A stretch of DNA of 63,659 bases, filler included, from Trichomonas gallinae (Eukaryota): the NCBI GenBank assembly GCA_008369845.1. It is 6 parts of 6 records of this genome, joined end to end, with 100 filler letters (N's around TTAATTAATTAA, not from the genome) between each part and the next. Parts side by side here need not be neighbours in the genome. Positions count along the whole stretch, not along the records: positions 1 to 14,762 come from MRSU01001411.1; 5 more parts are not named here. One strand, given 5' to 3'. Positions within the stretch are counted from its first letter, which is position 1. The number at the start of each line of letters is the position of its first letter. Below are positions 1 through 9,903 of this stretch, in pieces. The notes under the pieces are model-generated. The model made no database searches. It saw only the letters and a program-made list of their open reading frames with translations, and was not told where the DNA came from. Both the position numbers and the translations under genes were made by a program.

Positions 1-1557
1 TCGGATATCTAGTCTAAATATCGATGTTGGGATACATCCTCTATATCTAGAATGACAAGTAGCCCCCATCATATACTACTAATTGAATTTAGAATATCAA
101 GTTAATTCTCCTAAACAAATCATCATTGTACATGTATTGCATATAAATACTGGATAGAAAACAGTTAATAATGTTGACGATAGAAATCTTCAATCGGAGA
201 AGTGTAATTATTGAGTATTTTCATTATAGCTTTGGTTATGTCGGATTTGTATTTATGATTTCTTCGACGGTGCAATGATTTATTGATATTGTCAAAAGGG
301 TTGTTAATGATCAGATTGAATGATAGTGATTGATTAATTATAATAGAAAATTATGAATAACTATTGAGAGATTCAATGCTATTAGATACTTAGAATATGC
401 TTCTAACAAATACACTATTATTGGGCTAGTTAATCATATTGAAATTCGACTAAGAGAGGGTGATATTTGTATTATATAGACATATTCTATGATAGTTACA
501 AATATCTTGGCCGCCGGTTGTCATTTTTTGAGATCATTGTTAATATTGGATTTTTTAGATTTGGGAATTGGTTGATTCCTAAAACAACTCTGCGTCAAGG
601 GGATATTGCTGTAGAACACGCGGTCGCAGTTTGCAAAAAATTGATTGTGATTGGTCGGAATAAATTTTTAGCAGATTTTAATTAATACTCGTGAATAGTG
701 TTATATATATCGAGATAGTTTTAAATAGTTTACAATACTCAAAAAACAAAAAATCCAAATTGAATAGTTTATATCTTGATTCAATCCGAATATGTATTAA
801 ATAATGACTAATTCCTTATTATTTAAATAATAATTGGTTCAAACTTCTCAAAAAAGTTTTCTTTAAGCACAGTTAATTATCTACAGTACGATTATTTTGC
901 CCTCAAAATTAATTTTTATTAATGTAACACGCCCGTATATATCTTAGGAAATTCATATATTTTGATATATTTTGTTATGCATGCTATTTAATATAATATT
1001 ACTTTTAATTTTTTGAATTACCCTTTGAAAAAATTTTAATAACCATGCTAAACTATAAGTATTTAGAATGAATTTTCCTACCCGATCTTTTACTTTTCAA
1101 TTTTTAAATTATTTGTATTATTGGAAATATATATAACATAATATCAAAAAATAAACAAAACAGGGGGAATATTTCAAAATGACTCTATCAATTTTGATAA
1201 CGATAATATCCCCTCTTTTTGCCCTTATTGTAAATGGTTAATATTTTATAAAAACGAATTTACAATCTGTACAGCTTAAAGCTTAATTACTTTGTCGAAA
1301 ACACGTTAAAACTTCAAATTGTAAAATTTGGTCTTTTTTTGAAATTTTTAGTTTTGATTTTTATTAGTGATCCGTGTTATTTAATAATAAATATAGCTAA
1401 ATCGCTCAGCAAAATGATTTTAAAATAGATTTTTATTCCTATCGTCTTCACTTTTTATTTACACTGAGTTTGTTTTTTGCTTATTTTTGGTTTTTAATGG
1501 ATGCTAAGACATAATCGTCCTCATTGATTAAAATTCTCTCAAAAAAATTATTTTAAA

Positions 1558-2829
1558 ATGGGCCCACGCGTCATTACTTCATCCATTGGAAACACCGTCC
1601 TCACGGAGTACGAATTTATCAAGCCCCTCGGTGAAGGCTCCTTTGGCTCAGTTTGGCTCGCAAACAACACAGTTCTTAACTATCAAGTCGCTATCAAAGT
1701 TTTACCGAAAGCTCTCTTCACTGATACCATTTCCATTACACGTCTTCAGCGCGAAATCAACCTTCAAAAGAATATGGACCATCCTTTTATCGCAAAGCTT
1801 TTCCACCACATTGAAGATCCGGAGAATCACTACCTCGTCATGGAGTATGTCGAAAACGGCAACCTTCTCGATTACGTCAATGAAAACGGTCGCTTAAACG
1901 ATGAGCAGGCGAGAAAGTACTTCTTGCAGCTTATTTCTGTTTTGGATTATCTCCACACGAAGCTCCACATTGCTCACAGAGATCTCAAGGCTGAGAATAT
2001 TCTCCTCGACAAGAACAGAAACATCAAAGTCATTGACTTTGGCTTATCGCGTCAATTTACAGATGCTGACCCGCAGTTGCAAACTGCTTGCGGTTCCCCG
2101 GCTTACGCTGCACCAGAAATGATTTTGGGCGAACCATACGACAAGTCATGCGACGTTTGGAGCGCTGGCATTTTACTTTACGCCATATCGTGCAGAGAGC
2201 TTCCATTCGATGATAACGATACACAAGCAACACTTCGCAGAATCGTCTATACAGAGCCAGTCTTCCCACACTACCTTTCTTCAGCGCTTATTGATTTGCT
2301 GAAGAAGATGCTCAAGAAGAACCCACAGAAGAGAATCACTCTCGAAGGCATCAAGAATCACCACTGGTTCTCCCAGACACAATACTCCGTCGCCGAGCCA
2401 ACCGATGACGTTTTGACCGATGAGACCGCTATCGATAAGCACGTTGTCGACGAAATGATCGAATTGGGCATCCCAATCGATGGCCTCAACGCAGCTATTC
2501 TTGCCAAGGACATGAACGCTCTTACTTCCCTTTACGAACAATTACGTCGTAAGCATCTCAACACTCCACCAGAATTCCGCGTTCCATCATCGAAGACTCA
2601 GATCAAGGACGGACAGGCAATCCCACCACTCAAGGCAACACTCGCAAGACCAACTACGAAATTCCCATTTGGCGCTCAGAACAAGCCAAGGCAGCTTGCT
2701 GCAGCACAGATGGGTGTGGCAATCCCACAGCGCAGAATGTCTCGTCCAGTTGCTGTCAGGAGACCAATCAAGCCAGCTATTCCACCACAGCAGCCATACG
2801 ACGCAAGGCCAGCAGCTATCCTCCAGTAA
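1558..2829 (+). CDS. CAMK-group (AMPK/SNF1-related) Ser/Thr protein kinase with UBA-like region
   Basis: Motifs GEGSFG, VAIK, HRDLKAEN, DFG, TACGSPAYAAPE and DVWSAG, followed by a UBA-like helical segment and a Pro/Arg-rich tail. Confidence 0.95.
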   Translation: MGPRVITSSIGNTVLTEYEFIKPLGEGSFGSVWLANNTVLNYQVAIKVLPKALFTDTISITRLQREINLQKNMDHPFIAKLFHHIEDPENHYLVMEYVENGNLLDYVNENGRLNDEQARKYFLQLISVLDYLHTKLHIAHRDLKAENILLDKNRNIKVIDFGLSRQFTDADPQLQTACGSPAYAAPEMILGEPYDKSCDVWSAGILLYAISCRELPFDDNDTQATLRRIVYTEPVFPHYLSSALIDLLKKMLKKNPQKRITLEGIKNHHWFSQTQYSVAEPTDDVLTDETAIDKHVVDEMIELGIPIDGLNAAILAKDMNALTSLYEQLRRKHLNTPPEFRVPSSKTQIKDGQAIPPLKATLARPTTKFPFGAQNKPRQLAAAQMGVAIPQRRMSRPVAVRRPIKPAIPPQQPYDARPAAILQ

Positions 2830-3152
2830 GGTCGCTTATTCGCGCGCTATTCAATAAAAATGTCCATAATGGTTTTTTTATACTTGATCAAAACCTCCAA
2901 ATTCTCTTTTCGCTCAAATTTACATCATTAGTCAATACAAATAATACAAATTTTCATCTACAACCAATAATTTTTAAGTTTTTATAAATTTCCAAATATT
3001 ATTCTGATTTTAATCTTTTTGGACGAAGTTCCTCATATTTTGTTGAGCAATATATATCATATTTCCTATCAAAATCTAATTTAACTTTTGATCAAGAAAT
3101 ATATGAAAATAACGAACATAAAAACACATTTTAGACATAAAACCTAAAAATT

Positions 3153-4730
3153 TCAGACACTTGCTCCAGAACCAGAGTCTTCCTCCTCTTCTTCTTTTTG
3201 TTTTTCTTCAATTTTTTCTTCTTGGGGTACCAAGATCGATTCGCCAACATTTTTATCGTTAGCTAGTTTTTCTTCTTCACTGGGTTGCTCATTCTCTGGC
3301 TTATTTTCATTTTCATGATTTTCTTCTTGAGATTCATCTTTGTGCTCATCGGATTTTGGTTCTTCAGGCTGTGAATCTTTCTTTACAACTGTTATTGTTT
3401 TTGGATGCTCAAGTTTAAATTTCGCGCAATCGATTAATTCAAGAACAAAGACTTTAATTGGATTATAAACGTTTTTGTCGTAGTTGTCGAACAGTTTCAT
3501 ATGCGTGAAACCAATCAAATGGAAAACTTTCAGCATAATACGATGAGCTGGCGCAGGATTTTGACTACTTGATCTTCTGTTAGGATATTCTACTATTTTT
3601 CCAAAAATCTTCTTCAAAATATCTTTGTATTCTTGTAATTGGCCTTGTTTTGGAGATTCTTTTTCTAATCTCAAAAACTGCTGCAAATCTGAAGGAATTT
3701 GAGACTTCTTGGTATCAAACATGAACTTGACGAAGTACCCAACATAAACTCTTGAAACAAATTTCAATGCTTCTTCTTCACCGAATTTCTTTTTGATTTC
3801 ATTATAAAAGTGTGACCCACAGAATGCTAGTTCTGGTTTATACTGATTCTTAGAGAAATACTCGATAATTAATCCCGCGTATGTTAAAATATCAGCTTTC
3901 GGTGTAATATACTCAGAAAGCTTTGCTGCATGTTCACGTAGGACCTTTCCAAATGCTTCCATCGTCGCCTGGACGAAGAAATGCATGAAAACGTTGTTGA
4001 AATATATTTGATCGACCATATTCGCGTTATTCACTACATATCTGACGACATTGGTGAATGTGTAGGCAAAGACGCCCGTTGAATGAGCGATGGAAAATAC
4101 TATGTATCCTAAATAATATCTGAGTTTTTGACCCGGATCAGCCAAACTGCAGCGTAAAATGAAATCTAGTGAAGGACTGAATATGTAAGGTGTCAAAATA
4201 GTGCGCAAATCAGGGAAAACTTGTAGCGGATAATTGATTTCTGAAGAGAAAGCAAATAAATATTCGTAATAAGGCTTTTCTTTCTTATTATATAAGTCTA
4301 CGAAGTATGGTTCTAGTTTTTCGAGATCGTTTAAGGCGATAAATTTCAAAAATAGCTTAGATTCGAAGAGTAATTGAATTTTCGTTTTTGATTTTATTTG
4401 AACATCAACGATTTTAGACTTGAAGGTGATTTTCTTCGAGTTATTGACATCATATCCAATTAAAGATTTGTCCGACATGAATATTAATACATAGAAAATT
4501 TCTTTTGCAGCTGTTTCTGGTCTAACAAATAGAATAATACAAGGATCTGGCTCAAAACGAGCTTTTACAGATGCTTTTTCGATTTTTTTAACAACATCAT
4601 CAATATGTTGAATTCTTGTTATTGACTCTAATTCTTCTTTAGTTAACGTGTCAGCAAAAGATTTAGCAGATGTTGCTTTACATATATTTCTTGGCTTTAA
4701 TACTGATAAATAAAGTTCTTTTTCATTCAT
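3153..4730 (-). CDS. Hypothetical protein, possible PH-like plus degenerate RasGAP-like region, acidic tail
   Basis: Long open frame; first ATG at 4730 (the ORF track starts at a TTG); domain guess is from pattern resemblance only. Confidence 0.7.
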   Translation of the reverse strand: MNEKELYLSVLKPRNICKATSAKSFADTLTKEELESITRIQHIDDVVKKIEKASVKARFEPDPCIILFVRPETAAKEIFYVLIFMSDKSLIGYDVNNSKKITFKSKIVDVQIKSKTKIQLLFESKLFLKFIALNDLEKLEPYFVDLYNKKEKPYYEYLFAFSSEINYPLQVFPDLRTILTPYIFSPSLDFILRCSLADPGQKLRYYLGYIVFSIAHSTGVFAYTFTNVVRYVVNNANMVDQIYFNNVFMHFFVQATMEAFGKVLREHAAKLSEYITPKADILTYAGLIIEYFSKNQYKPELAFCGSHFYNEIKKKFGEEEALKFVSRVYVGYFVKFMFDTKKSQIPSDLQQFLRLEKESPKQGQLQEYKDILKKIFGKIVEYPNRRSSSQNPAPAHRIMLKVFHLIGFTHMKLFDNYDKNVYNPIKVFVLELIDCAKFKLEHPKTITVVKKDSQPEEPKSDEHKDESQEENHENENKPENEQPSEEEKLANDKNVGESILVPQEEKIEEKQKEEEEEDSGSGASV

Positions 4731-4970
4731 ATTATTGATTTCAAACAAACTATTTCAATTTTACGGGTGTGAAAGCAATTGTGAAATCGGTTTAAAATGA
4801 AATAACATAATATAAAGATTATTTTATTAATTAAAAAACGATTAATTTTGAACTAAAAATAATCGTCAACAAAATTAGAAATGTTGAAAATATTAATAAG
4901 AAATAGATTTACAATATATGAGAAAACAAAAACGATTATTTTTGAGGGGAAAATAATCGACACAAATTTT

Positions 4971-6866
4971 ATGGAAATTTCGTTCGAAAAACAGCATCAA
5001 AACTTAGAAGAGCTTGATCCTAACGAAATTCCAGCTGATGCGACTACAATTAACATATCTAACAACAATTTTAGTACATTACCCCAAGAAACGTTCAATC
5101 AAAAAATGAAAGTCTATAAATTCTATATATCACACAATAATCTCATTGATTTATCATTCCTTAGATGTTTTGAAGCATTAACTACATTGGATATTAGTTT
5201 TAATCAGCTTGAAATTGATGAGTTATTGCAAATCAGGCATATTTACATATTATTTTTGAATGCTGAGCGAAATGGGTTCGTAGACAAGCTCAAAGATCAT
5301 CCTTTATCACTCGTTGTCATTCTAAAACGTGTTTGGATAATTAACGGAACTTTTGTAACTGATTATGCGAGACAAATGGCCAAACAATACAAGAAAACAC
5401 TAGAGTTCGGCGAATCTATACTTGATGCTCGCCGTGAAAAACTCTCAGAGCATTCTTCTTCAGGTACAATCAACGCTGCGAGACATTTTCTTATAGGAAC
5501 ATCGTTCAAATTCCAGGAACCAGGAAAGTTTATCACTCCTAGCGGCAGATATGTTAAGGATTTGGCAAGAAGACCACAAATCGAGAAATTAAAATTTTTG
5601 CACCAGAATTATCCAATAGATGTCCCAACTGGTACGTTTTTGGACTATTTCGCCTTGATTCTCGGCATTTTATCATATCAGTGGATGAATATTCCTATTG
5701 CTTTCATCCCTAGATTATTAGCTCGTGGATTTTGGGGAATTGTTGCCTCGGAAGTCGCTGATCTTCCTGAGTGGAAGCTGTGGGTTTTACTGTATCATTT
5801 ATCACAGCAAATGTGCAGCGGATTAGCAATAGAAAACGAATTGTGGCGTGCGCTTAAAGTTGTTAACTATATAAAGACAGGTGTCCAACCTGTACCAGGA
5901 TCCATTCCCAGATTGATCATTGCCGCATTTTTGTTTCGAGCTTTGGATCCATCTGAACACCAGGACTGCGTAGACTTAAAACTCTACCAGAACCTGAGGC
6001 AGTGGTGCAATTTTAGTTCACTTGACGAATCATTGGCAACGATTTACAAAGAAATTTTGGGAGATTTGCCAGTTCCAGAGAAACACCCAGAAAAAGGCGA
6101 AACTGTTGCTATCATTCATCCTCTCACAAAGAAATGGATCAACTGCAAAGTAGCACATGTCTCAACAGGCAGGTTTTTCGCACAATTGCCAACAATTGTC
6201 CTTCATCTTCCTTTAACTTGCTTATTCTGGGATGGAAGAGGCGTCTGGAGGCAGATGGAGACAGTTGATAAAGGAATCAGACCAAAAACTCCGCACGCGA
6301 GGCCAAAATCAGCAATTATCCCAAGATTATCAGAACAAGCACGAATGGCGTTCATTACAGCCAGCAAAACAGACCAAACTATGATCACAGAATCTATTGC
6401 TAACGATTTCCACGTCCCATTGTCTTTAGTTGACACATCGCGAACAAGAATTGCTCCCCCGGATAATTCCCAGGAAATAAAAAAGGTTGTGTTGCCTGCC
6501 TTCCAGACAATGGTGAGGCCTGAACCAGTCAAAACAACAGCTCCGCCGCTTAGAACTCTGCCAAAAGACTTTCGAGGCATTGTTGACCCATTCGTGCCTC
6601 GTAAACCAATCGTACACAGGAAAACACCATCCAGGCCCACTAACCAGGTCATACAGAATGTTGTTAACGTTTGCTTGGGCCATGAAATGAGAGATGGAAA
6701 AAGATTAAGAAAATTCCATGTTAAAGTTTTAAATGAAGTCACAAAGAAGGTCAAATACGTGTGGATCAATGAAGATGAACTCACTCCAAAGGATTCCGAC
6801 AGTCTGCTCAATCTATATAGAACACACATCCAATCAAAAATGGATGTTATTCATGATATCTTTTAA
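4971..6866 (+). CDS. Leucine-rich repeat protein
   Basis: N-terminal LRRs (INISNNNF, FYISHNNL, LDISFNQL); ATG at 4971 preferred over 4881 because the intervening sequence is promoter-like and AT-rich. Confidence 0.85.
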   Translation: MEISFEKQHQNLEELDPNEIPADATTINISNNNFSTLPQETFNQKMKVYKFYISHNNLIDLSFLRCFEALTTLDISFNQLEIDELLQIRHIYILFLNAERNGFVDKLKDHPLSLVVILKRVWIINGTFVTDYARQMAKQYKKTLEFGESILDARREKLSEHSSSGTINAARHFLIGTSFKFQEPGKFITPSGRYVKDLARRPQIEKLKFLHQNYPIDVPTGTFLDYFALILGILSYQWMNIPIAFIPRLLARGFWGIVASEVADLPEWKLWVLLYHLSQQMCSGLAIENELWRALKVVNYIKTGVQPVPGSIPRLIIAAFLFRALDPSEHQDCVDLKLYQNLRQWCNFSSLDESLATIYKEILGDLPVPEKHPEKGETVAIIHPLTKKWINCKVAHVSTGRFFAQLPTIVLHLPLTCLFWDGRGVWRQMETVDKGIRPKTPHARPKSAIIPRLSEQARMAFITASKTDQTMITESIANDFHVPLSLVDTSRTRIAPPDNSQEIKKVVLPAFQTMVRPEPVKTTAPPLRTLPKDFRGIVDPFVPRKPIVHRKTPSRPTNQVIQNVVNVCLGHEMRDGKRLRKFHVKVLNEVTKKVKYVWINEDELTPKDSDSLLNLYRTHIQSKMDVIHDIF

Positions 6867-7399
6867 ATTTTGTTTGTTATCTCTATTATAACTTTAGAAA
6901 ATTTTTACTACATTTTTAGCAAATCAAACCTATCAAAATCATATGATATTAATTAGATATTTTCGATTTTATCAAATATTCTTTGTTATTTAAATTCTGG
7001 TCAAAATAAAAGCATAGAATTTGCTATCTTAAAGGATTTGATTCAGATTTTAGAATAATATTTTGATAATAAATTTATTTCCAAAGAATTCAAAAATTAT
7101 TTACTTTTTACACAATTCTTGACCATATTAATATAAATCTTTATTGCAGAAAGTTAAAATTTAAAAATTAAATTTTCATGCAAATATCAACCAAATTTTG
7201 TAGTAACAACATATTAAATTGGCTGAATTTCATATGGTTCATGTGTTAAAAAGAGATTTTAAACCTATAATTTTCGATGGTCGATTGAATCTTAGAGTTT
7301 TGATGGTATATTTAGCAGAATATTGTAGGTTTAGAACCCATTGAAGATGTTTTTAATGAACAATTTTTGTTTATTTATCATTGTCTAAAAAAAACTCGC

Positions 7400-7738
7400 T
7401 TATTCTTCCTTCTGCTTGATCATCTTGAGGATCTCAGACTCACCAGCGTCGATGATTGAGATGACAGATGAGCGGAAGTACTTACCGCAAGCTGTGCCAA
7501 GATCGACGTTGTCACCGTCGAATGGGAGGATATCGCAGCCAGAGAGCATAGCGTAGTACTCGATGAGGGAGCGGTGAGCTGGGGCGATGTTGGAAGCGAA
7601 GATGACAAGCTTGGCCTCGCCATTGCGGAGGGACTGGAGTGTCTTGTCAATGCCGAGCTGGTACTTGCCGGACTTTGTGACAAGAGAGAGGGAGTTGATG
7701 ATTGACTCGCGTGCGCGGCTGAGTTTCTTGCGACCCAT
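7400..7738 (-). CDS. RPL30: 60S ribosomal protein L30 (eL30)
   Basis: KSGKYQLG..TLQSLRNGEAKLVI, IEYYAML and LGTACGKYFR; strong codon bias. Confidence 0.97.
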   Translation of the reverse strand: MGRKKLSRARESIINSLSLVTKSGKYQLGIDKTLQSLRNGEAKLVIFASNIAPAHRSLIEYYAMLSGCDILPFDGDNVDLGTACGKYFRSSVISIIDAGESEILKMIKQKEE

Positions 7739-7744
7739 TGTTAT

Positions 7745-7765
7745 AAAAGAAAGACCAAAACCGAA
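7745..7765 (-). promoter_or_regulatory. M3-like element (CGGTTTTGGT) followed by a pyrimidine/M5-like tract upstream of RPL30
   Basis: Minus strand reads TTCGGTTTTGGTCTTTCTTTT just before the ATG; the same 10-mer lies upstream of RPS10. Confidence 0.6.
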
Positions 7766-7859
7766 ATAATCGTCTCGCTCCGTTTCTTTATTTTTTATTT
7801 CCTCTTTTTTTGTTAATTCTTTGACTTTTTATCATATCATATATCTATTTTTATAATTA

Positions 7860-8205
7860 AAATCGCAAAATTAATTTTTCGAAAATTCATTCATCAGAAT
7901 ATCAACAAAAATTCCTAATAAATTGAATTACGCGAGCCATATTAAATCCAATTTTATATGAAATCCCCGTCAAAATTCGAAAAAATAAATTTTCAAAAAT
8001 TCGATAACTCGAAAAGCAGCAAAAATACATTATAAATTAGATTACACGAGACATAATAAATACAATTTTATATATAATGCTGGTTAAAATATAGAATTTT
8101 AATTTTCAAGAATTTAATATTTGGAAAAACAACAAAACATTTATTAGCAATAAGTTATGCTCGATCTATTAATCACAATTTATAAACAATGCTCGTCCAA
8201 AATCA
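7860..8205. repeat. Degenerate ~114-bp tandem repeat, about 3 units
   Basis: Units start at ~7921 (AATTGAATTACGCGAGCCATATTAAATCCAATTTTATAT), ~8035 (AATTAGATTACACGAGACATAATAAATACAATTTTATAT) and ~8149. Confidence 0.65.
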
Positions 8206-8482
8206 TTTTAAATGCGAGATAAGATTAAATGTTTAGATTAAAACTCGATAAATAATTAATAGAGTATCTATTTGCAAAGCATCTTCTAGCTTTGATGATA
8301 TACATATAATAATTTATCATGATTTTAATTTGATTATGATTGATGAATGAAAATTAAAATATCTCAAGAGGAAATCACAAACGCTTAGAAATAAACTCAG
8401 TATTAATTGCTAATAATAAGCTTATTAACAATTAAAGCAGTAATCGAAATTTACTAAATGAATATTAAGAATTTACCAATTT

Positions 8483-9157
8483 TTATTGGGCCTCATCGTT
8501 TTCTGGGTAATATCCCTTAACTAATTCGATAACTTTTTCTTGATCTCGTTCTAAATGGAGATAAAACTGTGCAATTTCAAATTCATTGGCATTCTTGAAT
8601 TTACTACAAATGGCTTCAATATTCCTGCGATCTTCTTGAGTCAAATTCTCTTTAATTGTATGCTCTTCAAGTTTATCGTCAAATTTGATTGGAACTGCTT
8701 CATCAGGAACTTTATCATCTATTATGTACATACAAGCACGCTGGACGCAATAGAAAGACACTCTAAGTGCCTTTTCAATTAATTCGTCAGAAGCGTTTGG
8801 ACAAACCTCTTTAATACTTTCTTTCATAGTTTCTAATTCCTCTGGCGGTGGCTTTGCATCGCTTGATATTGAATCTCTAGGTGGGATCTTGAATCCTTTA
8901 CGCTTTTTCTTTTTTTCTTGGCTTTGGTCCTCGATAACTCTGACAATGAAGTTTGGATTTTCTGCTATATCTAATGTGCTAATTTTTGTTTCAGGATCTT
9001 GTGGTTTTAACTTATATACTAGTTCGAGTTGTTTTCCTTCGAAAGCTTGTTGAGCATGAAGGTAGTTAATGAGATCCTGAATGGTAGAAGATGGGTTAAA
9101 ATCTGCTTTGTATTCTTCATTGAGGTGTTTAAAAACACAATGAATTGAATCAGTCAT
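8483..9157 (-). CDS. Ubiquitin-like plus UBA-domain protein (Rad23-like architecture)
   Basis: N-terminal UbL pattern (STIQDL..LELVY..K), central UBA-like ALRVSFYCVQRACMYI, second UBA-like segment at the C-terminus. Confidence 0.75.
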   Translation of the reverse strand: MTDSIHCVFKHLNEEYKADFNPSSTIQDLINYLHAQQAFEGKQLELVYKLKPQDPETKISTLDIAENPNFIVRVIEDQSQEKKKKRKGFKIPPRDSISSDAKPPPEELETMKESIKEVCPNASDELIEKALRVSFYCVQRACMYIIDDKVPDEAVPIKFDDKLEEHTIKENLTQEDRRNIEAICSKFKNANEFEIAQFYLHLERDQEKVIELVKGYYPENDEAQ

Positions 9158-9903
9158 TTAAAATGTCACTTTTCTTCAAAAATTTTGCGGTTTATGAAGT
9201 CAATAAAATTTTTCGAAACTGGGTCATTTATATGATCTTACACTAATCATTTTGAATTTTTTGACTATGATTTTCACAGGAAGCAAAGCGAAACTAGTCA
9301 GTTTCATATTGGGATATGATAATCCATTGTAATAATAATGCGAACTCTCCGTATTTCGAATACGATTTTTTTAAATTTTTCCAGCACTTTTTTTTTCATT
9401 AGCCAAGCGACTTGTAAAACAATATAATGACTCCTACCAAGATTTTTTAAGACTGCCTACCACATATTTCAACATCCTTGTCTGACTAAGCAAATTTGTG
9501 ATGACAATATACGCCATTTTTGTGCAATATATAGATATCTTTGACAAATGAAATTTGATATATGATAATTTATGTGACAAATCAATTATTGTAGTTCCAA
9601 CAAATTAATTTATTAATGTATTTTTTTCATAGTTAAATGTTTAACTCGATTCATCCCTCCAATAATGCTGACCATAAACTGTGGCAAAACTGGGTATGGA
9701 AGAGAAAAAAAAACTCTTTTTGTTTTCTCAGAGAAAGTGTCAAGTTAATGGTTCAGTGATTCAGAAGTTAGACACTACTTTTTTTCGTTGATTGATGTTT
9801 GGATTGAAAATAATCATATTTTTGATAGTTTTTTGACAGTTGATTTATACGAAAAACAAAACATCCTTAATATTTGAATATTTGAATATATAAAAAGGAG
9901 TCC

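Noticed and set aside
467..685. 72-aa ORF and possible relic in the first 700 nt
   Set aside because: Non-ATG start, no recognisable motif; the reverse frames I checked are interrupted
6203..6829. 208-aa antisense ORF and the other short ORFs overlapping real genes
   Set aside because: Shadows of codon-biased genes with no independent motifs
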